Assembly (NCBI GenBank): GCA_039799905.1
Contig: JBDLRP010000044.1
Coordinates: 1 to 37,984 of the forward strand
Origin: Pseudomonadota bacterium
Lineage (GTDB): Bacteria; Bdellovibrionota_B; Oligoflexia; Silvanigrellales; Silvanigrellaceae
Direction: 5' to 3'
DNA: 37,984 bases
Position numbers and translations under genes: made by a program
In this document: in pieces, positions 19,164 to 27,226 of the stretch
Layout: every line of letters starts with the position of its first letter
How positions within the stretch are numbered: the stretch's first letter is position 1
Notes under the pieces: generated by a model
What the model was told of the DNA's origin: nothing
Seen by the model: only the letters and a program-made list of their open reading frames with translations
The model's database searches: none

Positions 19164-20245
19164 TACAGAACCTTCCTGAGCAATGAGTACTGATTGATCT
19201 TGGTCGGTTGAGCAAAATTGCCATGTCTGCGACCAATTTTCTCACTCGCGTTGCCAGAGCGAATCAATGCGCCTGTCGTTTTGAGAAGCGAGTGTTCAAC
19301 ACAGTAAGCCGAGATTTCATAGGTGAGTGAATTTGCGATTCCCATGGATCGGTGATCAGGGTGCACTGCTACGGTTTTATACACAAGCTCATCGTTGTCG
19401 ACAAAACAAAATGCAAATCCCACAGCCTCGCCACTCGACGAGAGAACAATCCTCGATGCGCCAATGTTTGCTGAACGTGCCATCGCCATGGTCATCGCCG
19501 AAAATATCTCGAATGGAATCACTTCGAACATGGGGTTGTCTGCAAAGGCAATGTTGGAGAGGTCAAATATCCGCCTGAGATCCTGAAGGAGCTCGCTGCC
19601 GGAATGAAGAGGTCTGATGGAGTAACGGTGCTGGCTGGTCACCGCATCGTATTCAGCGCGCAGCGTGTGCATGTAGGCTTGCCAATGTGCCTTGCTCGGA
19701 ACCTCATACGACAGACTGGCAAACTGCAGGTCATCTGTGAAACCTTCATCAAGAAAGAGTTGCCTGTAAAAATCGGGTGCTGCCGGCTCCCAAGCTTTGT
19801 CCAATTCTGTCGGCTGACCGGCGTTGCGCAGCTTGAAACGGTAGTTGAACCAACTGTTGAAATCCATCGGACCATAAACGTTCTTTGCGGCATTGGCTTT
19901 CAACCAATTCTGCGCACACCTGATGAGCCCGGTGCCTGCCTGTTTTCCATCGGCATCTTCTGTGCACTCAAAAAATCCGATCGAGCCGTCCCAGTTCTTT
20001 CCGTGCGGAACGTCCGCGCCGATGCGCGCCACGGAGTTGCCGGTATTTACACTGTACGCCACCCAAAAATCGCATTTTCGGCTCTGACCGTAGCGCAGAA
20101 GTTGTTTCCAGAGTTCAGCTGATGAAGTCGACTTTGAGCGCTTTTCAATTTCGTTGATGTGTTTTGGCAGGTTGGCGAAGCGCTCGTCGAAGGCTTCGCT
20201 GTCGCCGCAGGAACTCCGTTGCTCAAAGCGCAGGCCGGTTGTCAT
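19163..20245 (-). CDS. large (tandem-type) GNAT N-acyltransferase
   Basis: N-terminal GSIGFFEC...WLK...VYGPMDFNSWFNYRF; C-terminal acyl-CoA-binding motif KTVAVHPDHRSMGIA; AAGGAG RBS. Confidence 0.8.
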   Translation of the reverse strand: MTTGLRFEQRSSCGDSEAFDERFANLPKHINEIEKRSKSTSSAELWKQLLRYGQSRKCDFWVAYSVNTGNSVARIGADVPHGKNWDGSIGFFECTEDADGKQAGTGLIRCAQNWLKANAAKNVYGPMDFNSWFNYRFKLRNAGQPTELDKAWEPAAPDFYRQLFLDEGFTDDLQFASLSYEVPSKAHWQAYMHTLRAEYDAVTSQHRYSIRPLHSGSELLQDLRRIFDLSNIAFADNPMFEVIPFEIFSAMTMAMARSANIGASRIVLSSSGEAVGFAFCFVDNDELVYKTVAVHPDHRSMGIANSLTYEISAYCVEHSLLKTTGALIRSGNASEKIGRRHGNFAQPTKINQYSLLRKVL

Positions 20246-20270
20246 TGGACTCCTTTCAAACGCAGAACCG

Positions 20271-21251
20271 CTAGGCCGTTTTCTTCATCGGTTCGGGGCT
20301 GTAGGTGAGAATCACCTCGCGCATCGCATCTGAAACATCTGAGTAGGAGTCGAAGTAGGAAAATGTTTTTGGAAAGTTTCGCCGAGAAAACTGAGCAAGC
20401 TGATACGGGCTTTGCCCTTTCTGAGTGCGTACTTCCTCAGAAAGTCGTTCCACTTGATTGCGCAGGTGACGTCTTGAATTGCAGAGCTCTTCGATGATTA
20501 AAATATTGGCACGTTTGGGAGTCGTATAGCTCTTCATCGCCTGCCGGAGGAGGCCAATGTTGAGTTGTCGGACAAGAAATGAGCTTTGGTTGAAAATGTG
20601 CCTGAGCAGGTGTTCATCAATCTGAACATGGCGCGCTTCATCGAGCATGTGAAACTGGTGGACCTGGTAATGCAGCGCGTCGAGCCGGTTGGCTTTCTCG
20701 TCTCGCTGCTGCGCTCTGTAGTGAGCAAAGTAGTCGATGGTTTTTTCTTCAAACAACAGTGCGACCCAAATCCAGAAATTCAGTTGTCGCGGCAGCTGAG
20801 ACATCAGGCTGATGAGTCTGTCCTCGTGGCTCCGCAGTCGCAGAAAGTAATAATCACTGCGGGTGTAGCGTTCTTCGTTGCAAATGCGGTTGAGTCGTCT
20901 GAACATTTCAGTGTGTTTGACTTCTTCTTCCAAAAAGACGTCAAGGCAACGCTTCAAGTCGCTTGAAACATTCTTTGCCCATGGCAGCAGGCTTTCAACG
21001 ACTTTACAGAGAAAGCGATCCTCCAGAAAAATGAACTGTTCACTCACATACTGTGCAAAAAGTTGATTGTAGTGCCTGCGGTCATCCTCATCGAGTACGT
21101 TTCGGTAGGACGGGCAGTAGTGGAGCGGAGTGAGTACTTCCGGAAAAAAGTACAACTTGTCATCCACACCTTTGTGCCACGCAATTTTCTCGATGCTGTA
21201 TGCATCCTTCGCAGCGTTGTCAGCGATTGTCTTTAAATCCGGTAGACTCAT
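20271..21251 (-). CDS. AurF-like ferritin-fold diiron oxygenase
   Basis: Two ExxH pairs (EEEVKH, HMLDEARH), upstream E ligands (EQFIFLE, FEEK) and the N-terminal IAW...PE..TPL pattern. Confidence 0.8.
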   Translation of the reverse strand: MSLPDLKTIADNAAKDAYSIEKIAWHKGVDDKLYFFPEVLTPLHYCPSYRNVLDEDDRRHYNQLFAQYVSEQFIFLEDRFLCKVVESLLPWAKNVSSDLKRCLDVFLEEEVKHTEMFRRLNRICNEERYTRSDYYFLRLRSHEDRLISLMSQLPRQLNFWIWVALLFEEKTIDYFAHYRAQQRDEKANRLDALHYQVHQFHMLDEARHVQIDEHLLRHIFNQSSFLVRQLNIGLLRQAMKSYTTPKRANILIIEELCNSRRHLRNQVERLSEEVRTQKGQSPYQLAQFSRRNFPKTFSYFDSYSDVSDAMREVILTYSPEPMKKTA

Positions 21252-21345
21252 GGCCCTAAACCCCCGCGAGTCTTCAAACTATCGGCTTTTCGGCCGCTTT
21301 CCGAGAAAACTGGAGTGTAGTTCAAAAAAAAACATTTTGACTAAA

Positions 21346-21369
21346 TTTTTCGGCAAATTGCCCGAAAAA
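21346..21369. promoter_or_regulatory. imperfect palindrome in the divergent intergenic region, possible operator
   Basis: TTTTTCGGCAAATTGCCCGAAAAA between the diiron oxygenase and AMP-ligase starts. Confidence 0.3.
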
Positions 21370-21399
21370 CCAGAAAATTCGCACAGTCGGAGGGCTGGG

Positions 21400-23736
21400 G
21401 TGCCGTCAGCGAATGGGAATTGCAGCATACGTGCATTGACTAAAATGCGGCAAAATCCGGACGCGCTGTGCCTCTGGTCGGTCCGGCATGGCAGTGTGTC
21501 GTTCGCCCGATTCGGCGAAATGGCCGCGCTGCAGCAAAGCCAGGCTTTGCGGCGTGGGCTGAATGCCGGCGATGTTGTAGTCGTCATGGCACTTCCCTCG
21601 CCACAGCTCTACGCATTGTTGATTGCCATGATGGGGCTCGGTTGCCCCATTGTGTTCATCGAGCCTTGGATGCCGGCTGCGCACATCGAGGCTTCATTGT
21701 CCCACTGCAATCCCAAGGCGATTTTCACAGACGCATTCGGGCAGCTCTGGCGATTGCGCAGTCATGTTTTGCGTGCGCTGCCGCGTTTCGACGTCAGCCA
21801 GACCGCCGGCTCGATACCAAGCGGCGGGCAGTTGCAGATACTTCCCGTTGTTCCCTCTACCCCTGCTATTATTTCATTCACGAGCGGTACCACGGGACAT
21901 CCCAAGGGCGTAGTCCGCACTCACGAGTACCTGTGGAACCTGCATGAAATCTTGGTCAAGTATGGTGAAGATGAGAGCGTGAAGGGGCCCGACCTGACTA
22001 TTTTTCCGAACCTCGTTCTGTTCAATATTGGTAACGGTCGTGGTTCACTGCTCGTTCCGGCCAATTGGTCGCTCAATGCCCTGCAGCGTGTTCGTGAGCT
22101 CGACAAGGAGCTTTGGCCACAGACATTATCCTGCGGGCCTGCCTTTATACGGCGTCTCGTCGAATACAATCTTTGTCCACCGAGCCTGCGCAATATTCAT
22201 ATCGGCGGAGCTCTTGTCGAGTGCGACTTGTTGGAGTCCCTGATTCGCCTTCTCCCGCGCACTGTCATCAAGCAGGTCTATGGTGGAACCGAGGTCGAGC
22301 CAGTTGCCTTCTGCGATGCACAGAAGAGCCTTAATAATTCGAGAAGAAAGGGTTATCTGCATGCGCTCAACGTCGGATTTCCAATTTCTGAGATAAAAGT
22401 CCGCTGGGACGAGCGTGGTGCTTTGTGGGTGGCGGGACCCAATGTGTGCCCTGAATATCTGGGCAGTAGCGAAGAGAATTTTCGCCACAAGAAGCGCGAT
22501 GAGGATGGCACGCTCTGGCATTGTATGGGCGACAGAATTTTGTCCGATGAAGACGGCCTATGGTATTGCGGCCGTGTGGACCAGCCAGCCCAAGACTTTT
22601 TGTTCGAGCAGAAAATGTACGCTCGACTCGGACACGCACGAGCCTTCCTGCACCGCGATCTCAACAATAACGGAATCGTTGTTGCGGATGATGACCGCAG
22701 ACATGTGGAAAAAGTCGGCCTTGAATTGTCATCCGAAAAATTTGAGGTCTGGAGTGCAATCATCACCCGTGACAGGCGTCACCGTGCGCGAATCGATCGC
22801 AAAACGACATGGCAACGAGGCTTGAGAATGCAAAGATGGAAGATTTATCTCAAAGAACGGAGTCCGCTTTTTATTCTGCTGCTGCTGGCAACAGGTCCGC
22901 TGTTCAGTGGCTATTTTCTAAGTCAGGTGCATGGCAGCTGCGCTGATTCGCCGCGCGGAGTCTGCCTGCAGTCTTCGTTTGGAATTGCCGCGGGCATCAC
23001 GGCGGTGATTGCCTCAGTGATGTTTATGGTCTTGGCGCGCATGATGGATGAACTCAAAGATTTTGAGAAGGACAAAATTGCCAATCCAAACCGCCCGCTC
23101 CCGCGCGGTCTGATTTCGCCGCAGGAAATGTCCTCGGCAATTCTTTATCTTTTTCTGCTCCTGCTGGCTTTGTCATCCTCATTCTTTTTTACTGCGGCTC
23201 CGCTTTCTGCCGCATTGATGATTTTTTCAACACTCTACCTTTGGTTGATGTACAAGGAATTTTACGTTGGCGCATGGCTGGCGAATTATCCTCTCTGGTA
23301 CGCACTTTCCCATCAGGTGGTCGGTGTTCCTCTCTACTTGTTTGGAGTCACGCTTTTTGCGCCCAGCTTTGCCAGCGAGCCGCTTTCGTGGATGTACGTC
23401 GGCGCCAATGTCTTCAGTTCGGTTGCCTATGAATTCACGCGAAAGCTGAAGCCCGACGCGCATGCGGCCGCGCGCACTTACCGGCAAATTTATGGCCTCA
23501 AGATTTCGGCATTCATCGCTATGGTTTTCAATTTCGCCGCAATGGGCGTGGTGTATACCGCCCAGCAGTCAGGATTTTCTGGTCTTGCAGCGCTTTTTGT
23601 CTTGCAGATCATTTTTGCTTTTATGCTCTTGTGGCAGATGCTCAAGGATTCACTTCACAAGCAGTCCGAAGGAATCGCCGCGCTGGTGGTTCTGTTGTCG
23701 GCCTGGATGGGTGTTTTCGTCGTCTTCAGGTTCTGA
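21400..23736 (+). CDS. fusion: AMP-binding (OleC-like adenylate-forming) domain plus UbiA-family prenyltransferase
   Basis: SFTSGTTGHPKG, VYGGTE, WHCMGD; then multi-TM domain with RMMDELKDFEKD..NPNRPLPRG, YEFTRK and TY; GGAGGG RBS before GTG 21400 (the ORF-track start overlaps the divergent gene). Confidence 0.85.
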   Translation: MPSANGNCSIRALTKMRQNPDALCLWSVRHGSVSFARFGEMAALQQSQALRRGLNAGDVVVVMALPSPQLYALLIAMMGLGCPIVFIEPWMPAAHIEASLSHCNPKAIFTDAFGQLWRLRSHVLRALPRFDVSQTAGSIPSGGQLQILPVVPSTPAIISFTSGTTGHPKGVVRTHEYLWNLHEILVKYGEDESVKGPDLTIFPNLVLFNIGNGRGSLLVPANWSLNALQRVRELDKELWPQTLSCGPAFIRRLVEYNLCPPSLRNIHIGGALVECDLLESLIRLLPRTVIKQVYGGTEVEPVAFCDAQKSLNNSRRKGYLHALNVGFPISEIKVRWDERGALWVAGPNVCPEYLGSSEENFRHKKRDEDGTLWHCMGDRILSDEDGLWYCGRVDQPAQDFLFEQKMYARLGHARAFLHRDLNNNGIVVADDDRRHVEKVGLELSSEKFEVWSAIITRDRRHRARIDRKTTWQRGLRMQRWKIYLKERSPLFILLLLATGPLFSGYFLSQVHGSCADSPRGVCLQSSFGIAAGITAVIASVMFMVLARMMDELKDFEKDKIANPNRPLPRGLISPQEMSSAILYLFLLLLALSSSFFFTAAPLSAALMIFSTLYLWLMYKEFYVGAWLANYPLWYALSHQVVGVPLYLFGVTLFAPSFASEPLSWMYVGANVFSSVAYEFTRKLKPDAHAAARTYRQIYGLKISAFIAMVFNFAAMGVVYTAQQSGFSGLAALFVLQIIFAFMLLWQMLKDSLHKQSEGIAALVVLLSAWMGVFVVFRF

Positions 23737-23754
23737 GAATTGGGAGAAACTCTC

Positions 23755-26529
23755 ATGGCGGATAGAAGTGTGAGTTATATTTTTACCCCTCTAAGTGCAC
23801 TTGATGACGTCCGCCGGCTCGGCGGTGGGAAGGCTTACAATTTGGCAAAGCTCTCGCAGGCGCGTTTTCCGGTACCCGACTGGATATGCCTGAGTGCGTC
23901 GGCGTTTGACGATTTTTTGCAGCAGAATGCGCTGACGAGCGACATCTTTGTTGATGTTCAGAATCTTGAAGATGTCGAGAAAAACGTCGAAGAGCTTTTT
24001 CTCGGTAAGCAGATTCCGCTTAAGGTGTGCGAGGAATTGAGTCTTCAATTGGAGCGCGGAGGCTTGTTGGAGGGTTTCGTTGCAGTTCGATCGAGTGGAT
24101 TGGATGAAGACTCCGGTGACAATTCTTTTGCAGGTCAGTTCTCGTCTTTTCTATTTCAAAAGGGGCCGGAGGCAATCTTCCGCAGCATACTCAGATGTTG
24201 GGCATCGGGTTGGTCTGCGCGCGCGCTTGCCTACCGCAGGGAGCGCAATCTTCCGCTCAACGGAATCAAAGTGGGTGTGGTGATCCAGCGGATGGTCAAT
24301 GCTGAATCTGCAGGAGTCGCCTTCTCGAGAAATCCCATTGACATTGCCGACAGAGACCATCTGCTGCTGAGCAGCGTGTGGGGTCTTGGAGAAGGACTTG
24401 TGAGCGGATTATTGTCCGCAGACGAATATAAAGTCGATAGGAAGTCGCTGGAGTACAAGTCCGAGCTGGCTGAGAAGAAAATCGCACTGCGGCACGCCGC
24501 TTCGGGTGGACTGTGCGAATGTCGAGTGGACGATGACAAGGTCTCGGTGTCGAGCCTGTCGCCTCCTGAAATCAAAGAGATTGCAAGATTGACGATGGAC
24601 GTCGAAAAACATTTCGGCGGTCCGCAGGATCTGGAATGGGCCGTGGTCGGAGGCCAGGTCCATCTGCTGCAGGCGAGGCCCATAACAACCGTTCCTCCGG
24701 AGGGATTATTTGATGATCGATGCGCTGGTGCTGGCTATATTCTTTGGGACAACTCGAACATCATCGAAAGTTTTTGCGGTGTCACAACCCCGCTGACGTT
24801 CAGTCATGTGAGCCGCTGCTATCAAGAGGTTTATTATCAATTCTGCCGGTTGATGCAGGTTCCGGAGAAGGTGATTGCCGACAATGAATCAACCTTCCGC
24901 AATATGCTCGGTCTGATCCGCGGACGCATCTATTATAACCTCGCCAACTGGTACAAACTGCTTTATCTGTTTCCTGGCACGGCACAGAGTAAATCGTTCA
25001 TGGAAACAATGATGGGAGTGAAGCAGGGACTCAAACCCGAAATTGCTGCTTTGTTCGAGTTTACAAGTCATCCCGTCAAGTACGGAGCATTCGCCCGGGT
25101 CAAGCTATACGCAACACTATTGTCGCGACTTTTTTACATACGCCCGCTCATCAACTCCTTTGAACAGCGCGTTGATGGCATCGTGGCAGAGGGACGGCAC
25201 AAGAATTTCAAAAATATGTCCCTGCAGGAACAAGTGGACTACTATCATTCCCTCACCGAGCGTGTGCTCAAGCACTGGCAGGCTCCCATCGTCAACGACA
25301 CCCGCTGCATGGTTTTTTTCGGACTGCTCAAATCTCTGGTCGGAGGCTGGATCACAAAAGGAGAAGAAGGATCTACATTGCAGAACGATCTTTTGTGCGG
25401 ACAGGGTGAATTGGAGAGTACGGAACCCACACGCATGCTCATGCGCATTGCCAATGAGGTCGACAACGGGCCCGAGAACAGGCGTAGCTGGCTGATGTCA
25501 ACATCCGCTTCAGAAGCGTGGAGTTCCATGTCCGAGCGCGGCGTTTTTCCCGAGCTTTATTTGAAGTTCAAAAATTTTCTAGATTTATATGGATTTCGTT
25601 GCGTCAACGAGCTGAAGCTCGAGGAACCCGATCTTCACGACGACCCCTCGTTCGCCCTCGAGGCGGTGACGAGCTATGTGCGGATGAAGAGTTATTCAAT
25701 CGAGGCCATGGAGCAACGCGAGGCCGAAATTCGCAAGAAGGCGGAAGCCGAGGTGGATGCGCGCTTGGGCGGGCTGATGAGCGTTATCAAGCGGCCGTTG
25801 TTCAATTGGGTTTTGGCCAATGCGCGCAGCGCTGTGCGCGATCGTGAGAATCTTCGCTTCGACCGCACAAAGACTTTCGGGATTGTCCGTCATCTGTTTC
25901 GAGGTTTTGGTCGCAATTTGCATGCTCTGGGTGCTATCGAGCAGCCTAATGACGTTTTTTATCTGACCATCGATGAGATTATTTCCTACACGGAAGGCCG
26001 TTCCTCTAGCTTGCTCTTACGGCAGTCCTCATCGATCAGAAAAGCTGAATTTGAGGACTACCGCAGCACTCCGCCGCCGCCGGATCGATTCACAACGCGC
26101 GGAGCTGTGGGAGCATCGCTGGTTTGGCCGCAGTTGCTGGTTGCCAATGATTTGTTGGCAGGAGAGCTGCCCGTTTCGACCGATCCCAATGTGCTTTTGG
26201 GCACCGCCTGTTGCCCCGGTATTGTGGAGGGGGTCGTTCGTGTGGTGGTCAACATGTCCGACGCTCAGGGGCTTAACGGTGAGATTTTGGTGACCGAGCG
26301 CACAGACCCCGGCTGGGTCCCGCTTTATCCCGCCTGCAGCGGTTTGTTGATTGAGCGCGGAAGTTTGTTGTCACACTCGGCAGTCGTTGCGCGTGAACTT
26401 GGACTACCGACGATTGTCGGAGTGCGCGGAGGACTCGTCAGTCGGTTGAAATCCGGCATGCGCGTGCGGATGGATGCCGGACGCGGCGAGGTGCAAATTC
26501 TTTCGGAGCAATCGGTCGCCGAATCATAA
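23755..26529 (+). CDS. PEP-utilising-family phosphotransferase (ATP-grasp, central substrate domain, His-swivel; RPH/PigC architecture)
   Basis: GGKAYNL, VAVRSS..EDS...SFAGQ, VIQRMV, GLGEGLVSG, PQDLEWA, LQARPIT; C-terminal TDPGW and GSLLSHSAVVARELG; no TIM-barrel PEP domain. Confidence 0.9.
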   Translation: MADRSVSYIFTPLSALDDVRRLGGGKAYNLAKLSQARFPVPDWICLSASAFDDFLQQNALTSDIFVDVQNLEDVEKNVEELFLGKQIPLKVCEELSLQLERGGLLEGFVAVRSSGLDEDSGDNSFAGQFSSFLFQKGPEAIFRSILRCWASGWSARALAYRRERNLPLNGIKVGVVIQRMVNAESAGVAFSRNPIDIADRDHLLLSSVWGLGEGLVSGLLSADEYKVDRKSLEYKSELAEKKIALRHAASGGLCECRVDDDKVSVSSLSPPEIKEIARLTMDVEKHFGGPQDLEWAVVGGQVHLLQARPITTVPPEGLFDDRCAGAGYILWDNSNIIESFCGVTTPLTFSHVSRCYQEVYYQFCRLMQVPEKVIADNESTFRNMLGLIRGRIYYNLANWYKLLYLFPGTAQSKSFMETMMGVKQGLKPEIAALFEFTSHPVKYGAFARVKLYATLLSRLFYIRPLINSFEQRVDGIVAEGRHKNFKNMSLQEQVDYYHSLTERVLKHWQAPIVNDTRCMVFFGLLKSLVGGWITKGEEGSTLQNDLLCGQGELESTEPTRMLMRIANEVDNGPENRRSWLMSTSASEAWSSMSERGVFPELYLKFKNFLDLYGFRCVNELKLEEPDLHDDPSFALEAVTSYVRMKSYSIEAMEQREAEIRKKAEAEVDARLGGLMSVIKRPLFNWVLANARSAVRDRENLRFDRTKTFGIVRHLFRGFGRNLHALGAIEQPNDVFYLTIDEIISYTEGRSSSLLLRQSSSIRKAEFEDYRSTPPPPDRFTTRGAVGASLVWPQLLVANDLLAGELPVSTDPNVLLGTACCPGIVEGVVRVVVNMSDAQGLNGEILVTERTDPGWVPLYPACSGLLIERGSLLSHSAVVARELGLPTIVGVRGGLVSRLKSGMRVRMDAGRGEVQILSEQSVAES

Positions 26530-26545
26530 TAGCAGGAGCACGGGA

Positions 26546-27226
26546 ATGGGTGTTGTATTTGAAGGACGCAATATTTGTCTCTCGTACAGGCTTGGCGACG
26601 TCGATGTGGCGGCGCTTTCGGATGTAAATTTTAACATTCACAGCGGACGTTTCACCTGCCTTGCGGGCCCGTCGGGTTCTGGAAAGTCGACGCTCTTGAA
26701 TTTGCTCGGCCTGATTGAGCCCATGCAGAAAGGCGAACTGATTTATTCAAACACGCAGGTCGGGAGTCTTTCGGAGCCGCAGATGAACCACATCCGCCGG
26801 CATGAAATCGGATTTATATTTCAGAGTTTTCATCTGATAGAAGTACTGACGGCAGAAGAAAACGTCGAATACTTTTTGGCTCGTCAGGGCAAGCCTGCCG
26901 ACGAGCGCGCAGAGGCTGCGCGTGTGGCCTTGCGCTGGGTCGGTCTTGAAGATCACCGGCACAAGCGCCCGCAGCAGATGAGTGGCGGACAGCGGCAGCG
27001 GGTCGCCATTGCACGTGCTCTTGCTAAGCAGCCCAAAGTGATAATCGCCGATGAGCCGACAGCCAATCTGGATTCAAAAACCGGCTCTGAAGTTCTCGGA
27101 CTCCTGCAACGCCTGTGCAGGGAAAAAGGTCATTCGGTGATCATGGCCAGTCACGATCCTCAGGCCATTGGCCTTGCCGACACGGTGATCCGGCTGCGTG
27201 ACGGCCGCTGTGTGGAGGAGGCGTAA
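26546..27226 (+). CDS. ABC transporter ATP-binding protein (LolD/MacB type)
   Basis: GPSGSGKST, GFIFQSFHL, MSGGQRQRVAIARAL, ADEPTANLD, SHD; AGGAG RBS. Confidence 0.93.
   Translation: MGVVFEGRNICLSYRLGDVDVAALSDVNFNIHSGRFTCLAGPSGSGKSTLLNLLGLIEPMQKGELIYSNTQVGSLSEPQMNHIRRHEIGFIFQSFHLIEVLTAEENVEYFLARQGKPADERAEAARVALRWVGLEDHRHKRPQQMSGGQRQRVAIARALAKQPKVIIADEPTANLDSKTGSEVLGLLQRLCREKGHSVIMASHDPQAIGLADTVIRLRDGRCVEEA

Noticed and set aside
21130..21399. ORF-track N-terminal extension of the AMP-ligase (similar extensions at 14816, 28993, 32616 and 32698)
   Set aside because: These extensions overlap neighbouring genes, and downstream starts with an RBS or stop-start coupling fit better
23755..26529. 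Calling the gene ppsA or rph
   Set aside because: No PEP-binding barrel for PpsA; shared architecture alone does not establish rifampin specificity, and the context looks biosynthetic
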